28,703 nt of DNA from a virus. The stretch lies in the UHGV virus genome UHGV-0259485. One strand, 5' to 3'. The position numbers were made by a program, and so were the translations under genes. Shown here one piece after another: positions 19,704 to 27,738 of this stretch; the stretch's first letter is position 1, and every line of letters begins with the position of its first letter. The notes beneath the pieces are model-generated. The model worked only from the letters and a program-made list of their open reading frames with translations. It had not been told where the DNA came from and searched no databases.

Positions 19704-20246
19704 TTAATTGGTGAGTCCGGGGATTACGGTTTGCCCGTGCTGTTCAAGGCGTTCAATTCTCGCCAGTAGCTGAGGCTTCTTAATTTTTCCCCAGCGATTG
19801 AGCAGACGACCTGACATGCTGGCAACATCCTTCTCTTTCATGTACTCCAGCATTACGGCATTTCTCTCTTCTTCAAATTGACGATGACCAACCTGAAGCA
19901 TGGCGTACATCCAGTTAAATGCGTTGATGTAAGCAATTTTGATACGCATTGCTTCTTTTTTGGTGTAGGACATAACCAAAAGCATCAACCCATCCTTACG
20001 GAGACGGTAGAATTTTTGCGGCTTACCATTCTGTAACTCATTGTTTTTATAGCAAAGCTCAAAGTTGAGCTTTGTATCAAACTCAGGAGGGCAAGCTTCT
20101 ATGGTTCGCTCAATGTCACGGACTACGTTCTTCGGCAGCTTTCCAAATGCTTTTGCCACCATAAAAGAATCTGTAACCGGATCGTTGTTTGCTACAAAAA
20201 TTAGGTCTCTGAAATCTATATCGTTAACAACGGTTGGGTAGTTCAT
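19704..20246 (-). CDS. rha: Rha-family phage regulatory protein (start refined to ATG 20246)
   Basis: MNYPTVVNDIDFRDLIFVANNDPVTDSFMVAKAFGK... Rha-like N-terminal domain; located after the lysis cassette as P22 orf201. Confidence 0.65.
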   Translation of the reverse strand: MNYPTVVNDIDFRDLIFVANNDPVTDSFMVAKAFGKLPKNVVRDIERTIEACPPEFDTKLNFELCYKNNELQNGKPQKFYRLRKDGLMLLVMSYTKKEAMRIKIAYINAFNWMYAMLQVGHRQFEEERNAVMLEYMKEKDVASMSGRLLNRWGKIKKPQLLARIERLEQHGQTVIPGLTN

Positions 20247-20389
20247 TGCGTCTTTACCTTTTAGAAAGTGAGCCTGTCTCACAGAAAAGCCGCCCGAGAG
20301 AGGTCGCCACCTATAACGGCATTTCTCAGGCTCGCTTACTGAAAGGCTCTCGTTAATATGCGCGTGAGATGCGCGTTTACTGCGGACAT

Positions 20390-20412
20390 AAAAAAGCCCC
20401 GCATCGCGAGGC
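20390..20412 (-). terminator. Rho-independent terminator after Rz/Rz1
   Basis: Minus-strand RNA GCCUCGC-GAU-GCGGGGC followed by U6; ~30 bp downstream of Rz stop. Confidence 0.6.
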
Positions 20413-20444
20413 TCATTAAATGGACTTTGTGATTTGCAAAAAAA

Positions 20445-20882
20445 TTATTTCAGGCATTGCGTCCTGATGTATTCCTGCAGGTAGTTAACCTGCGCGGTTA
20501 TCTTGTCGATTCCACTTCGGAGACGGTAATAATTGAGTTCAGCATCTGCTGTAAGTCTTGGGCTTTCTCCATCGCCCATGCTGCTGGCTCCGGTCGTTGA
20601 CTTTGCACAGGTGGCGGCGACTTGCAGGCGCTTACGACCAGCAGAAACATCAGCACGGAGACTTTCGATAGTCGCGTTAGCATCAGCAAGCTCCTTTGTG
20701 TATCTGGCGTCGAGTTCTGCTACATCACGTTGACGCTTCTGCATATCAGCGATGATGGATGTGGCTTTATCGCGCTGCTCTTTGTAGGTCATGGCGTTAT
20801 CACGGTAATGATTCAGCCCCAGACTAAGCGCACCACAGGCCACCAGCAGGGCAATGATGACCACGCACAGTACGCGGTTCAT
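20445..20882 (-). CDS. Rz i-spanin (145 aa)
   Basis: N-terminal TM helix then coiled-coil periplasmic domain; last gene of the lysis cassette. Confidence 0.8.
   Translation of the reverse strand: MNRVLCVVIIALLVACGALSLGLNHYRDNAMTYKEQRDKATSIIADMQKRQRDVAELDARYTKELADANATIESLRADVSAGRKRLQVAATCAKSTTGASSMGDGESPRLTADAELNYYRLRSGIDKITAQVNYLQEYIRTQCLK
20498..20689 (-). CDS. Rz1 o-spanin lipoprotein embedded in Rz in the +1 frame
   Basis: Signal peptide with lipobox (LLVVSAC) then Pro-rich KSPPPVQSQRPEP; entirely inside Rz. Confidence 0.75.
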   Translation of the reverse strand: MLMLTRLSKVSVLMFLLVVSACKSPPPVQSQRPEPAAWAMEKAQDLQQMLNSIITVSEVESTR

Positions 20883-20883
20883 T

Positions 20884-20982
20884 TCACCACCAGCGTATCT
20901 GACCGATGAAATAACCGGAGGCCATAATCACAAACACCAGCCAGATAAGAATGAACTTCCAGGTGGATAATTTTTCAGCCAT
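20884..20982 (-). CDS. Unannotated 32-aa hydrophobic peptide ORF between endolysin and Rz
   Basis: Hand translation MAEKLSTWKFILIWLVFVIMASGYFIGQIRWW; GGGAG RBS upstream; stop 2 nt before Rz ATG. Below track cutoff. Confidence 0.3.
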   Translation of the reverse strand: MAEKLSTWKFILIWLVFVIMASGYFIGQIRWW

Positions 20983-21180
20983 CACTCGAATCTCCCGAAT
21001 CAGTTTGCTAAAATCAAACACACTTTCTCCTTTGACTTTTCCGGAGTCAGGAAACACAAAACCCCGCTTGGTGCCAACAAACGGGGTTTTTACTTTTATT
21101 CACTTACGTTTCGCCAGTTCGCAGGATTTCATGTTATCCGCCCGCGTGGCCATGCCTTATTTTTCAGCAAAATATTCTGC

Positions 21181-21714
21181 TTATCTGTCGATTCCCCAGC
21201 ACGCCAGCGCGCTCTCCTGGTCACGACGGGATACCTGACCATAACAGTTATTTGAGCGGATACGGCAGTCTCTGCCACCGTCCTTAATCCACCAGCGAAT
21301 CGCCTCACACGCTCCCCTGCGATCACCTGCATTAATTCGTTTATAAAACGTCGACGGGAAACACTTACCGGGACCAATGTTGTACGGACAGAATGACGCG
21401 ATCCCCGCTTTCTGGGGTTCGGTCAGCGGCACTCTGATGTTTTTCTCCACCCACGCCAGCGCTTTATCACGCTCAATGGCGTTAACCTGGTCGCATTTTT
21501 CCTTCGACAACTTCATGCCCGGAACGACAGGTTTGCCATCCACCAGGATGGCACCGCGGCAGATAGTCCAGATACCCGCACCATCACGGTATGCCGTGGT
21601 GTGGTTACCTTCCTTTTCATCCAGAAACTGGTCGAGAATGTCAGGCGCAGGCGCACCTGCGGCAATCAGCGCCAGAACGGCAGCCGACAGGCCGTATCTG
21701 ATTTTTGCGTTCAT
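21181..21714 (-). CDS. SAR endolysin (T4-lysozyme family, 177 aa)
   Basis: N-terminal weakly hydrophobic SAR segment (YGLSAAVLALIAAGAPA) then E-x8-D-x5-T catalytic pattern (EGNHTTAYRDGAGIWT); pairs with pinholin. Confidence 0.85.
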   Translation of the reverse strand: MNAKIRYGLSAAVLALIAAGAPAPDILDQFLDEKEGNHTTAYRDGAGIWTICRGAILVDGKPVVPGMKLSKEKCDQVNAIERDKALAWVEKNIRVPLTEPQKAGIASFCPYNIGPGKCFPSTFYKRINAGDRRGACEAIRWWIKDGGRDCRIRSNNCYGQVSRRDQESALACWGIDR

Positions 21715-21777
21715 GGATATTTATCAGGATTTATCGGTTTCTGCCCACGGACAGGTTTATCTGTTCCGGTCAGTGAA

Positions 21778-22131
21778 TTAAGGTTGTGATTCCGGTGGAG
21801 TCTTCAGAGAACCAGTAATTCTTCCCGGTAGCTTTCCTTTGTAGGTTATCAACACATCCTGCGCCTCTAAAATTACGGGGCGCTTTTCCGGCAACGGACC
21901 ATCCCCTTCACATAACCCGGCAGCAACATCCATGAAAAACTGCTTCGCCTGCTTTTTCGCCTCAGCTTCGTAAAACTCCAGCGTGGCACCTTCAGTACGG
22001 TCAAGACTAATCGCCACATCTGGCAACAACAGCGACGCTTGCCCGTCACCTTCCGGCTTCACAGTAACAGTAACCTTATCCCCGTAATTATTTATCCCCT
22101 TAACAACCAGTTCATATTTTTTATTCATCAC
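21778..22131 (-). CDS. Conserved protein between holin and endolysin (117 aa), possibly YdfR/DUF1327-like
   Basis: Position between S and R mirrors ydfR in the E. coli Qin prophage; N-terminus KYELVVKGINNYGDKVTVTV. Family name from memory only. Confidence 0.35.
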   Translation of the reverse strand: MMNKKYELVVKGINNYGDKVTVTVKPEGDGQASLLLPDVAISLDRTEGATLEFYEAEAKKQAKQFFMDVAAGLCEGDGPLPEKRPVILEAQDVLITYKGKLPGRITGSLKTPPESQP

Positions 22132-22132
22132 T

Positions 22133-22348
22133 TTACTCTCCCCGCGCCGCCTTACGCCGGTCCTCTCTGATTTTGAAATACAGGTTAGTCAGATATGTCA
22201 GCAGCCCAAACAGCAGACTCCCCAGCACGCCTATTGCCGCCCACTGAGACGGGGAAACCCTGTCCAGCAACTGCAGGAACCAGTAGCCCGTTCCCACCGC
22301 TGACGTGGTGTATGACACACCTGTTGTGATTTTTTCCATCTGGTACAT
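22133..22348 (-). CDS. Class II holin, S21-like pinholin (71 aa)
   Basis: Dual-start motif (Met1/Met4), two TM segments, C-terminal [15 protein letters not shown] matches phage 21 S. Confidence 0.85.
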   Translation of the reverse strand: MYQMEKITTGVSYTTSAVGTGYWFLQLLDRVSPSQWAAIGVLGSLLFGLLTYLTNLYFKIREDRRKAARGE

Positions 22349-22423
22349 ACCCCGTCTCCCGCAATCCGGAAGCTCACAACAACAAGTGGGGCATCAGCTC
22401 ACACCGACACCCCCTGCGCATGG

Positions 22424-22696
22424 TTACATCATCATTTCGCCGTCAGGCTGAGGCTCTTCACTACCGTCAGGCTGAGACCCGACGCCATCTGAAACAGTAC
22501 TGTCATCCGCAATGCCTTCCGGCTCCGGAACCGCTGGTACGCCCAGCAGCTCATCCAGAATGGCATCCACTTCTGCATCAAGACGCGCCTCAAGGTTCTG
22601 GCGGAGTTTCTGTTTCAGTGCGCTCAGGACTTCTTCAGAGCGCAGGACTTCCTTCACTGCCTCAGCAGTGACCAGGGATGTGATTTCTGACATGGG
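22424..22696 (-). CDS. Small acidic hypothetical protein (about 90 aa; start trimmed to internal Met)
   Basis: Track ORF 22424..22867 overlaps upstream small ORF; internal start gives MSEITSLVTAEAVK... with Asp/Glu-rich tail. Confidence 0.35.
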   Translation of the reverse strand, partial: PMSEITSLVTAEAVKEVLRSEEVLSALKQKLRQNLEARLDAEVDAILDELLGVPAVPEPEGIADDSTVSDGVGSQPDGSEEPQPDGEMMM

Positions 22697-22730
22697 ATTT
22701 TCTCGTTGAAAGGTGTTGTCAAGAAAGTGA

Positions 22731-22913
22731 CTACGGAATGAGCGGATCTTCGGGTTTGCTTCCGGCTGACTGACTGGCGCTGATTCTCTCAGCGGCCCTT
22801 TTATCAATCTGCCTGCGCCAGAAATCGCGCACTGCCCTGTACCCACCCGAAAGAAGATACATAACACAGACTGCCGTACAGAAGTACAGCATTAACTGGT
22901 TCAGAAATGTCAT
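22731..22913 (-). CDS. Small membrane protein (60 aa), unknown function
   Basis: One predicted TM helix (LMLYFCTAVCVMYLL) then charged tail; immediately downstream of nanS-p. Confidence 0.3.
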   Translation of the reverse strand: MTFLNQLMLYFCTAVCVMYLLSGGYRAVRDFWRRQIDKRAAERISASQSAGSKPEDPLIP

Positions 22914-23064
22914 GGTTTCTCACCGTGATAGTTGACATGATTTACTTATTTTTGTAGAAAAATATCGCAAACTTCGGTGTCATCGTGGTCGTTTTACCAG
23001 CCGCCAGCATTCATGTAGTGGACACAGTTCATCCCTTTCCTTCATTGCTGGCGGCCTTTTTTTA

Positions 23065-25026
23065 TCATGCCGCGGCATCCGCGTTGTTCACTTCCACCTT
23101 CACACTGTCAATCAGCAGCGTATATGTCGCCGCCTTTGATATGGCTGGCAGTTGCAGTTTGTCCGCCGCCCCTGATGCCGGAGATTTCACCAGTGTGAAC
23201 GGCGTCCCCCGTTTCTCATCCAGTACCGGCGTCACCTGAATGCTGTTGTTTCCGGCAAACTCAAAAGCCAGTGTGTGCCATCCGTTATCAAAGACCCCGA
23301 ACGTATCCAGCTTCGCATTCGGCTTCTTGTGGTGCATCGCGTTCAGGTTCGTCGCATCCGTCTGCAGGAAGAAGGACATCAGCATGTCGTTGCCTTCCTC
23401 TGCCAGCGTCACTCCCTCCGGCAGGGACGACAACTGCCAGTAAATGCCCAGGGCAAACTGATTCGGCACCAGTGAACCCGGCAACTTAAACCGTACGCTC
23501 ACACGTCCTCCTTTCTTCAGCAACTCTGCCCCCTGCCCGGCTGCATCATGCTCCAGAAACCAGATGTGGTTTTCCGGTTTATTCAGTTGCAGGGCCTTAC
23601 CTCCCGTAGCCCCCGCATCACTGACCACCGCTTCAGCAATGTTTTTGTTAACATTGTCTCCGCTCGCCGGTTTGTGATAATAGCGCCAGCCCTGTGATGC
23701 CAGGTCTTCGCCGGACGCCAGCAGACTCATCAGGGTTCGGTTACTGACCGGACCTTCCGGCTCTCTCTCCGTACCTTCACCGGAAGGTCCGGTGGGCTTC
23801 ACCGTATCAGGCTGTTTTCCGGTAATGAATTCAGCGGTTCTCCCGGCATGCACAAGAATCGCCGTTGCCAGACGGTCGGAAATAATCCCACGACGTGCCC
23901 ATGATCCAAAATGCGTTTTACGGTCAGCCGTCGTCCAGGTTTTGGCGTCCGTTCGACCACCGGCTCCGTAATACCCAATATCCGCAACATCCGGATCTTC
24001 TGACGGCTCGTTGGTACCCACATTTCGCCCGTTTTCATCCGTCATAAACGGCACAAAGAAGATTTTTTTTGCGGATTTCGTCTTATATGCACCATACACC
24101 GCATCGTATTGCGAAGAATAAGTCTGCTTCCAGTAGTAGGTCGTGTCGCCACAAATCCAGGGAACTGATGACGGAGAGCCCCCGAGACACTGACCTCCGA
24201 ATTCCGACAGGTCAGAACGATATTTTTCCACCATGGAATCAAACAGCCCCGGCTGAGTGGCGTATGCACCCTGTTTCAAATCAAACTCGCCCTGCATCCA
24301 GACCACTGCAAGCAGAATATTTTTAGGGTTGGCCTTCAGTGCGGCCTGAGTACGGGTAAGCAGGTCCTTGTACAGTGGCTTATCTACACCCCAGCGTGCC
24401 GAGGTCTCGCTTGCGCCGGTGGATTCGCTGAAGGTACCTTCATCGCCCGCCAAAAATGCAGAACCACCACGGCAGCACGGAACCAGAAGAATACCGGCAT
24501 TCGCCGGAATAAACGGCAACAATTTCTTCGCGATATGTAATCCCTGCCCCACGCATCCATACTGAGCTGCGCTGGCTTTCGGGTGTGAAAACTTACTCAA
24601 ATCCTGAACATCATGCAGGCAGTGGTCCGCAGGAATAATGTCATTGTAGTTACAGGACGCACCACCCGGCGTGACAGTGCTGCGACGCGCCAGCTGTTTA
24701 ATACGCGGGTCCGGACGGTCATATGTCTCCGGCAGCGGAAGCCCTTCACCATACGCCATACCGTTTGACTGCCCGGCCAGGGCAACAACAAAGTAATACT
24801 CCGGGTTGCTGGTAGTGCTGATAACTGCGCCTTCTCCATCCGACGGCTTCACCACCACAGGTGTGGTGACATCACCTTCCGCCGCAATGGCCTGCATCAG
24901 GGTATAAGGCGTGATGGCCACCGGACTGCCAAATGGCTGCCACCCCTCCTTCAGTTTTTGTGTCAGTCGTTTCGCAAGGTCTGACGGCGATGCCGCCCTG
25001 ACCACGTCATAGTGTTTAAATGCCAT
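23065..25026 (-). CDS. nanS-p: Prophage sialate O-acetylesterase (NanS-p type: N-terminal DUF1737 plus SGNH/SASA esterase domain)
   Basis: 653 aa; MAFKHYDVVRAASPSDLAKRLTQKLKEGWQPFG N-terminus; GQSNG catalytic motif (YFVVALAGQSNGMAYG); located between tRNA cluster and holin as in Stx prophages. Confidence 0.8.
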   Translation of the reverse strand: MAFKHYDVVRAASPSDLAKRLTQKLKEGWQPFGSPVAITPYTLMQAIAAEGDVTTPVVVKPSDGEGAVISTTSNPEYYFVVALAGQSNGMAYGEGLPLPETYDRPDPRIKQLARRSTVTPGGASCNYNDIIPADHCLHDVQDLSKFSHPKASAAQYGCVGQGLHIAKKLLPFIPANAGILLVPCCRGGSAFLAGDEGTFSESTGASETSARWGVDKPLYKDLLTRTQAALKANPKNILLAVVWMQGEFDLKQGAYATQPGLFDSMVEKYRSDLSEFGGQCLGGSPSSVPWICGDTTYYWKQTYSSQYDAVYGAYKTKSAKKIFFVPFMTDENGRNVGTNEPSEDPDVADIGYYGAGGRTDAKTWTTADRKTHFGSWARRGIISDRLATAILVHAGRTAEFITGKQPDTVKPTGPSGEGTEREPEGPVSNRTLMSLLASGEDLASQGWRYYHKPASGDNVNKNIAEAVVSDAGATGGKALQLNKPENHIWFLEHDAAGQGAELLKKGGRVSVRFKLPGSLVPNQFALGIYWQLSSLPEGVTLAEEGNDMLMSFFLQTDATNLNAMHHKKPNAKLDTFGVFDNGWHTLAFEFAGNNSIQVTPVLDEKRGTPFTLVKSPASGAADKLQLPAISKAATYTLLIDSVKVEVNNADAAA

Positions 25027-25208
25027 GAATCCTCCCGGCCGGGATAATATTGTGAGTAAAATAAGGAGCGGGCTGAAGTCCGGAAGTTACAGGACAATGG
25101 CAGAAGAGAGACGACAGCCCGCAATTCGAAAAAGACCGCGCAGTTGCGCAGCCTTATGAATTCTGGTTAAAATCCATTCGATTATAAAAATGTATATCTC
25201 ATGCTGTT

Positions 25209-25234
25209 GCCCGAACCCACTCGGGCTTTTTTTT
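25209..25234 (+). terminator. Plus-strand terminator-like hairpin with no plus-strand gene upstream
   Basis: GCCCGA-ACCCAC-TCGGGC followed by T8; a second GC-rich hairpin (GCCCCTC-CGGA-GAGGGGC) at 25247-25264. Confidence 0.45.
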
Positions 25235-25479
25235 GCCCACAAGAAAGCCCCTCCGGAGAGGGGCTAAAGCCGCGTATCTGTATCATCATGCACATGATGC
25301 CGGGTGCCTCCCGGTGAGTTCAGTATCAGCACCTGAACCCGCACAGAAAGGATAAGGGTCGGTGACAAAACACCAGTTGCTGATTGCCCCTCCGCACAGG
25401 GGGATTCACCATGCCAGTTTCTTTTAACAAACTCCCCGCAAAACAGACAACTGTCAACCGTCTGAATTGTGAGACATTT

Positions 25480-25503
25480 AAAAAAAAGCCCGCAAAAGCG
25501 AGC
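25480..25503 (-). terminator. Rho-independent terminator just downstream of the tRNA cluster
   Basis: Minus-strand RNA GCUCGC-UUUU-GCGGGC (one G-U pair) followed by U8; 16 bp after tRNA-Arg 3' end. Confidence 0.65.
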
Positions 25504-25518
25504 CGGGAAAAATAAGTC

Positions 25519-25595
25519 TGGCGCGTTGTACTGGATTCGAACCAGTGACCGATTGCTTAGAAGGCAATTGCTCTGTCCGGCTGAGCTAATAACGC
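25519..25595 (-). tRNA. tRNA-Arg (anticodon UCU)
   Basis: Hand-folded cloverleaf: anticodon loop CTTCTAA, T-loop GGTTCGAATCC, encoded CCA; one A-C mismatch in acceptor stem. Third of the cluster, like argO in Stx phages. Confidence 0.75.
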
Positions 25596-25608
25596 AGGGT
25601 ACAGATAA

Positions 25609-25685
25609 TGGACCGCCATCGAGGACTCGAACCCCGCGCAACCAGCTTCGAAGGCTGGCGCTCTATCCTGATGAGCTAATGGCGG
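25609..25685 (-). tRNA. tRNA-Arg (anticodon UCG)
   Basis: Hand-folded cloverleaf: 7-bp acceptor stem, anticodon loop CTTCGAA, T-loop GGTTCGAGTCC, encoded CCA; unusual C1-G72. Middle gene, like argN. Confidence 0.7.
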
Positions 25686-25692
25686 TATGTGA

Positions 25693-25768
25693 TGGTGGCC
25701 CTTGCTGGATTTGAACCAGCGACCTGGCGATTATGAATCGCTCGCTCTCACCACTGAGCTAAAGGGCC
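25693..25768 (-). tRNA. tRNA-Ile2 (anticodon CAU, lysidine type) or tRNA-Met
   Basis: GGCCCTTTAGCTCAGTGGTGAGAGCGAGCGATTCATAATCGCC...CCA closely resembles E. coli ileX; anticodon loop TTCATAA. First of the cluster, like ileZ. Confidence 0.75.
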
Positions 25769-25796
25769 GAGCCAAAAAATAATAATCAGATGAAAA

Positions 25797-26510
25797 TCAA
25801 TAATCAAGCCCTTGCCTGGATACATATCTGTCTGGCGGGAAGCCATAATAGCGGTGAAATACAGAAATAAAGTAGGACCTGCTTGAATAACCGCATTTTT
25901 CTGCTATAGCCTGTCCATATCCATGCCGGGAACATAACATATTTACAGCAACACGCATCCGCTCTTCCAGCAACAAGCGACTGAACATGCCCCCTTCATT
26001 TTTCAGTTTTGTCTTTAACAAACTCTCACTCATATGCAACTGTAGAGCAATCGCACCAAGCGTCCAGCTTGCTGATATATCTGTCTGAATTATCGCCCTG
26101 ACTTTGGCACTTATGCTGGATAAACATCCACTTAAAAACAATGACATCCGTTCATCTGTTTCAAACAGAGACAGGCAGGCCATCATAAGAAACATATCCG
26201 TGGCCTCTCCGGAAAATCCCTGGCTGGTAATTAAAGCCGCAGCCAACGCAGGATTGTTGGGTTCCAGCAACAGGTAAAGCGGAATGTCAGTCAGACGAGT
26301 CCTCGTCAGCTTATGCTGACTTTCCAGATATTGACTTACGACGGATTCGCTTATATCGACAATTTTAACTTTGCCATAATGCATAAGGAAAAGCTCCCTG
26401 ATGCATTTGGTGGCCAGAACAACTGAGCCTGGCTTAAGTGACAACGTATCCTTTTCAAGAAAAATATTAATTGGGGAGCAAACCATGATAACTGAACAGA
26501 CAACAGCCAT
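25797..26510 (-). CDS. AraC-family transcriptional regulator (237 aa), prophage cargo
   Basis: C-terminal AraC-type double HTH (SESLLKTKLKNEGGMFSRLLLEERMRVA...GYSSRSYFISVFHRYYGFPPDRY); AT-rich gene; weak RBS. Confidence 0.75.
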   Translation of the reverse strand: MAVVCSVIMVCSPINIFLEKDTLSLKPGSVVLATKCIRELFLMHYGKVKIVDISESVVSQYLESQHKLTRTRLTDIPLYLLLEPNNPALAAALITSQGFSGEATDMFLMMACLSLFETDERMSLFLSGCLSSISAKVRAIIQTDISASWTLGAIALQLHMSESLLKTKLKNEGGMFSRLLLEERMRVAVNMLCSRHGYGQAIAEKCGYSSRSYFISVFHRYYGFPPDRYVSRQGLDY

Positions 26511-26644
26511 TATAATTTTACTTTCATTAGCAATTGGTTAGCTCAATTATAGCCCCAAAAGGTAAATTATCATCAACACATAAGCAAAGGACTGACAGGT
26601 GTCGCCCCCCCACCAGCCGCCCATTCACCACAAATAAAAAGCCT

Positions 26645-26842
26645 TCAGGACTGAAGGCGTCTGTAACAACCGCACTGATAGTCTGCCAGACCCGCCATAA
26701 CAAGCTGGGTCAGTATTAACTGGCAGCGTTCGCGTGAAAGGTAAGTATTCTGCGCAATCTCCCCGACTGTCGCCGGTTCGGTAACGCTTAATTCATCAAA
26801 CACAACTCTGGCGGTTTCTGTCATATCCTGCTGTTTCAGCAT
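26645..26842 (-). CDS. PapI/FaeA-like small winged-helix regulator (65 aa)
   Basis: ARVVFDELSVTEPATVGEIAQNTYLSRERCQLILTQLVMAGL resembles the PapI/FaeA fold pattern; upstream of the AraC gene. Confidence 0.45.
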   Translation of the reverse strand: MLKQQDMTETARVVFDELSVTEPATVGEIAQNTYLSRERCQLILTQLVMAGLADYQCGCYRRLQS

Positions 26843-26966
26843 GTCTTTTTACCCTTTCCGGTTAACGTGACATACCAATAACTCTTGTCTAAAAAGCCAG
26901 CAAGATAAAAAGCCAGTATTCACGACCACCAGCGTGTTTACTGTACTGCACCAAGTTTACAGGTAC

Positions 26967-26988
26967 AAAAAACCCGCTCAGTGGCGGG
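26967..26988 (-). terminator. Rho-independent terminator downstream of the 205-aa cargo gene (tR'-like position)
   Basis: Minus-strand RNA CCCGCC-ACUGA-GCGGG followed by U6; ~130 bp after the gene's stop. Confidence 0.6.
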
Positions 26989-27120
26989 TTTAAGTTGTGT
27001 GGCGAAGTAACCACTCTTAACACACTAATAGCATTTTTGTTATAACACAAGTAGCTCATTCAGTATTTTTAGAATCTTGACTTTCTTAAGCACGGCGAAC
27101 TCTGAATACCAAACATAAAA

Positions 27121-27738
27121 TCAATTATCTTCCAGGCCGGATGCTATCAACGAAAGCCTCTCAAAAAACGCTGTAGCAGCCTTGTCCAAAGTTGAATAAG
27201 TACTGTATTCTCCGTGTTCGGGACCAACCACTACCCATGGTCGTCTTTTTGGGATTCGGGACTTCTCAGAAATCACTGTTCCAGATATACCAATATCAAT
27301 TGTTACACCTGTTATTATTTTCTCTTCATCTCTTTCCCTGAACTCAATTGCCATAAATGCCGTTTTTTTTCGTTTCCCGTTTTTAAAAAAATCAAATAAA
27401 GCAAAGCGATGCTCATTAAAATCAACACCCCATCGTCCTTCAGGATAAAGGGCATGAAAGTTGTCATTTACGCTCTGCATCGTCTCATAAGCTTTAACTT
27501 CTAAATCTCCATAGTGCATAGATACCGCGCAGGAGTCACTGGGTAACTGTATTTTCCCAAGATTGAAAACCTTTACTGCTCCAGAACTATGGCATCTTGC
27601 CCGCAATTTATCCCCATTTATACTAATCGGAGAAATATTCCTTAATGTTCCGGGCTGGCTCCCTCCTAAGTAAACGACTGTTAAAGATTGCTTATTTTCA
27701 ATTGCATCAACTAATACATGCTCTACATTTTTATCCAT
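27121..27738 (-). CDS. Hypothetical protein (205 aa from ATG 27738), AT-rich cargo gene directly downstream of Q
   Basis: GGGAGG RBS 5 nt before ATG at 27738; MDKNVEHVLVDAIENKQSLTVVYLGGSQPGTLRNISPISI...; no family recognised; base composition visibly more AT-rich than the structural genes. Confidence 0.6.
   Translation of the reverse strand: MDKNVEHVLVDAIENKQSLTVVYLGGSQPGTLRNISPISINGDKLRARCHSSGAVKVFNLGKIQLPSDSCAVSMHYGDLEVKAYETMQSVNDNFHALYPEGRWGVDFNEHRFALFDFFKNGKRKKTAFMAIEFRERDEEKIITGVTIDIGISGTVISEKSRIPKRRPWVVVGPEHGEYSTYSTLDKAATAFFERLSLIASGLEDN

Noticed and set aside
20951-21238. Plus-strand 95-aa ORF between Rz and endolysin
   Set aside because: No RBS, wrong strand for the operon, overlaps the endolysin 3' end; the minus-strand 32-aa ORF and hairpin explain the region better.
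21377-21781. Plus-strand 134-aa ORF
   Set aside because: Antisense within the endolysin gene.
25027-25518. Shiga toxin genes
   Set aside because: Looked for A- and B-subunit-sized ORFs with signal peptides between the tRNAs and nanS-p; only a ~490-bp gap with no ORF over ~20 codons.
25264-25641. Minus-strand 125-aa ORF
   Set aside because: Overlaps two tRNA genes and the terminator; artefact of reading through structured non-coding DNA.
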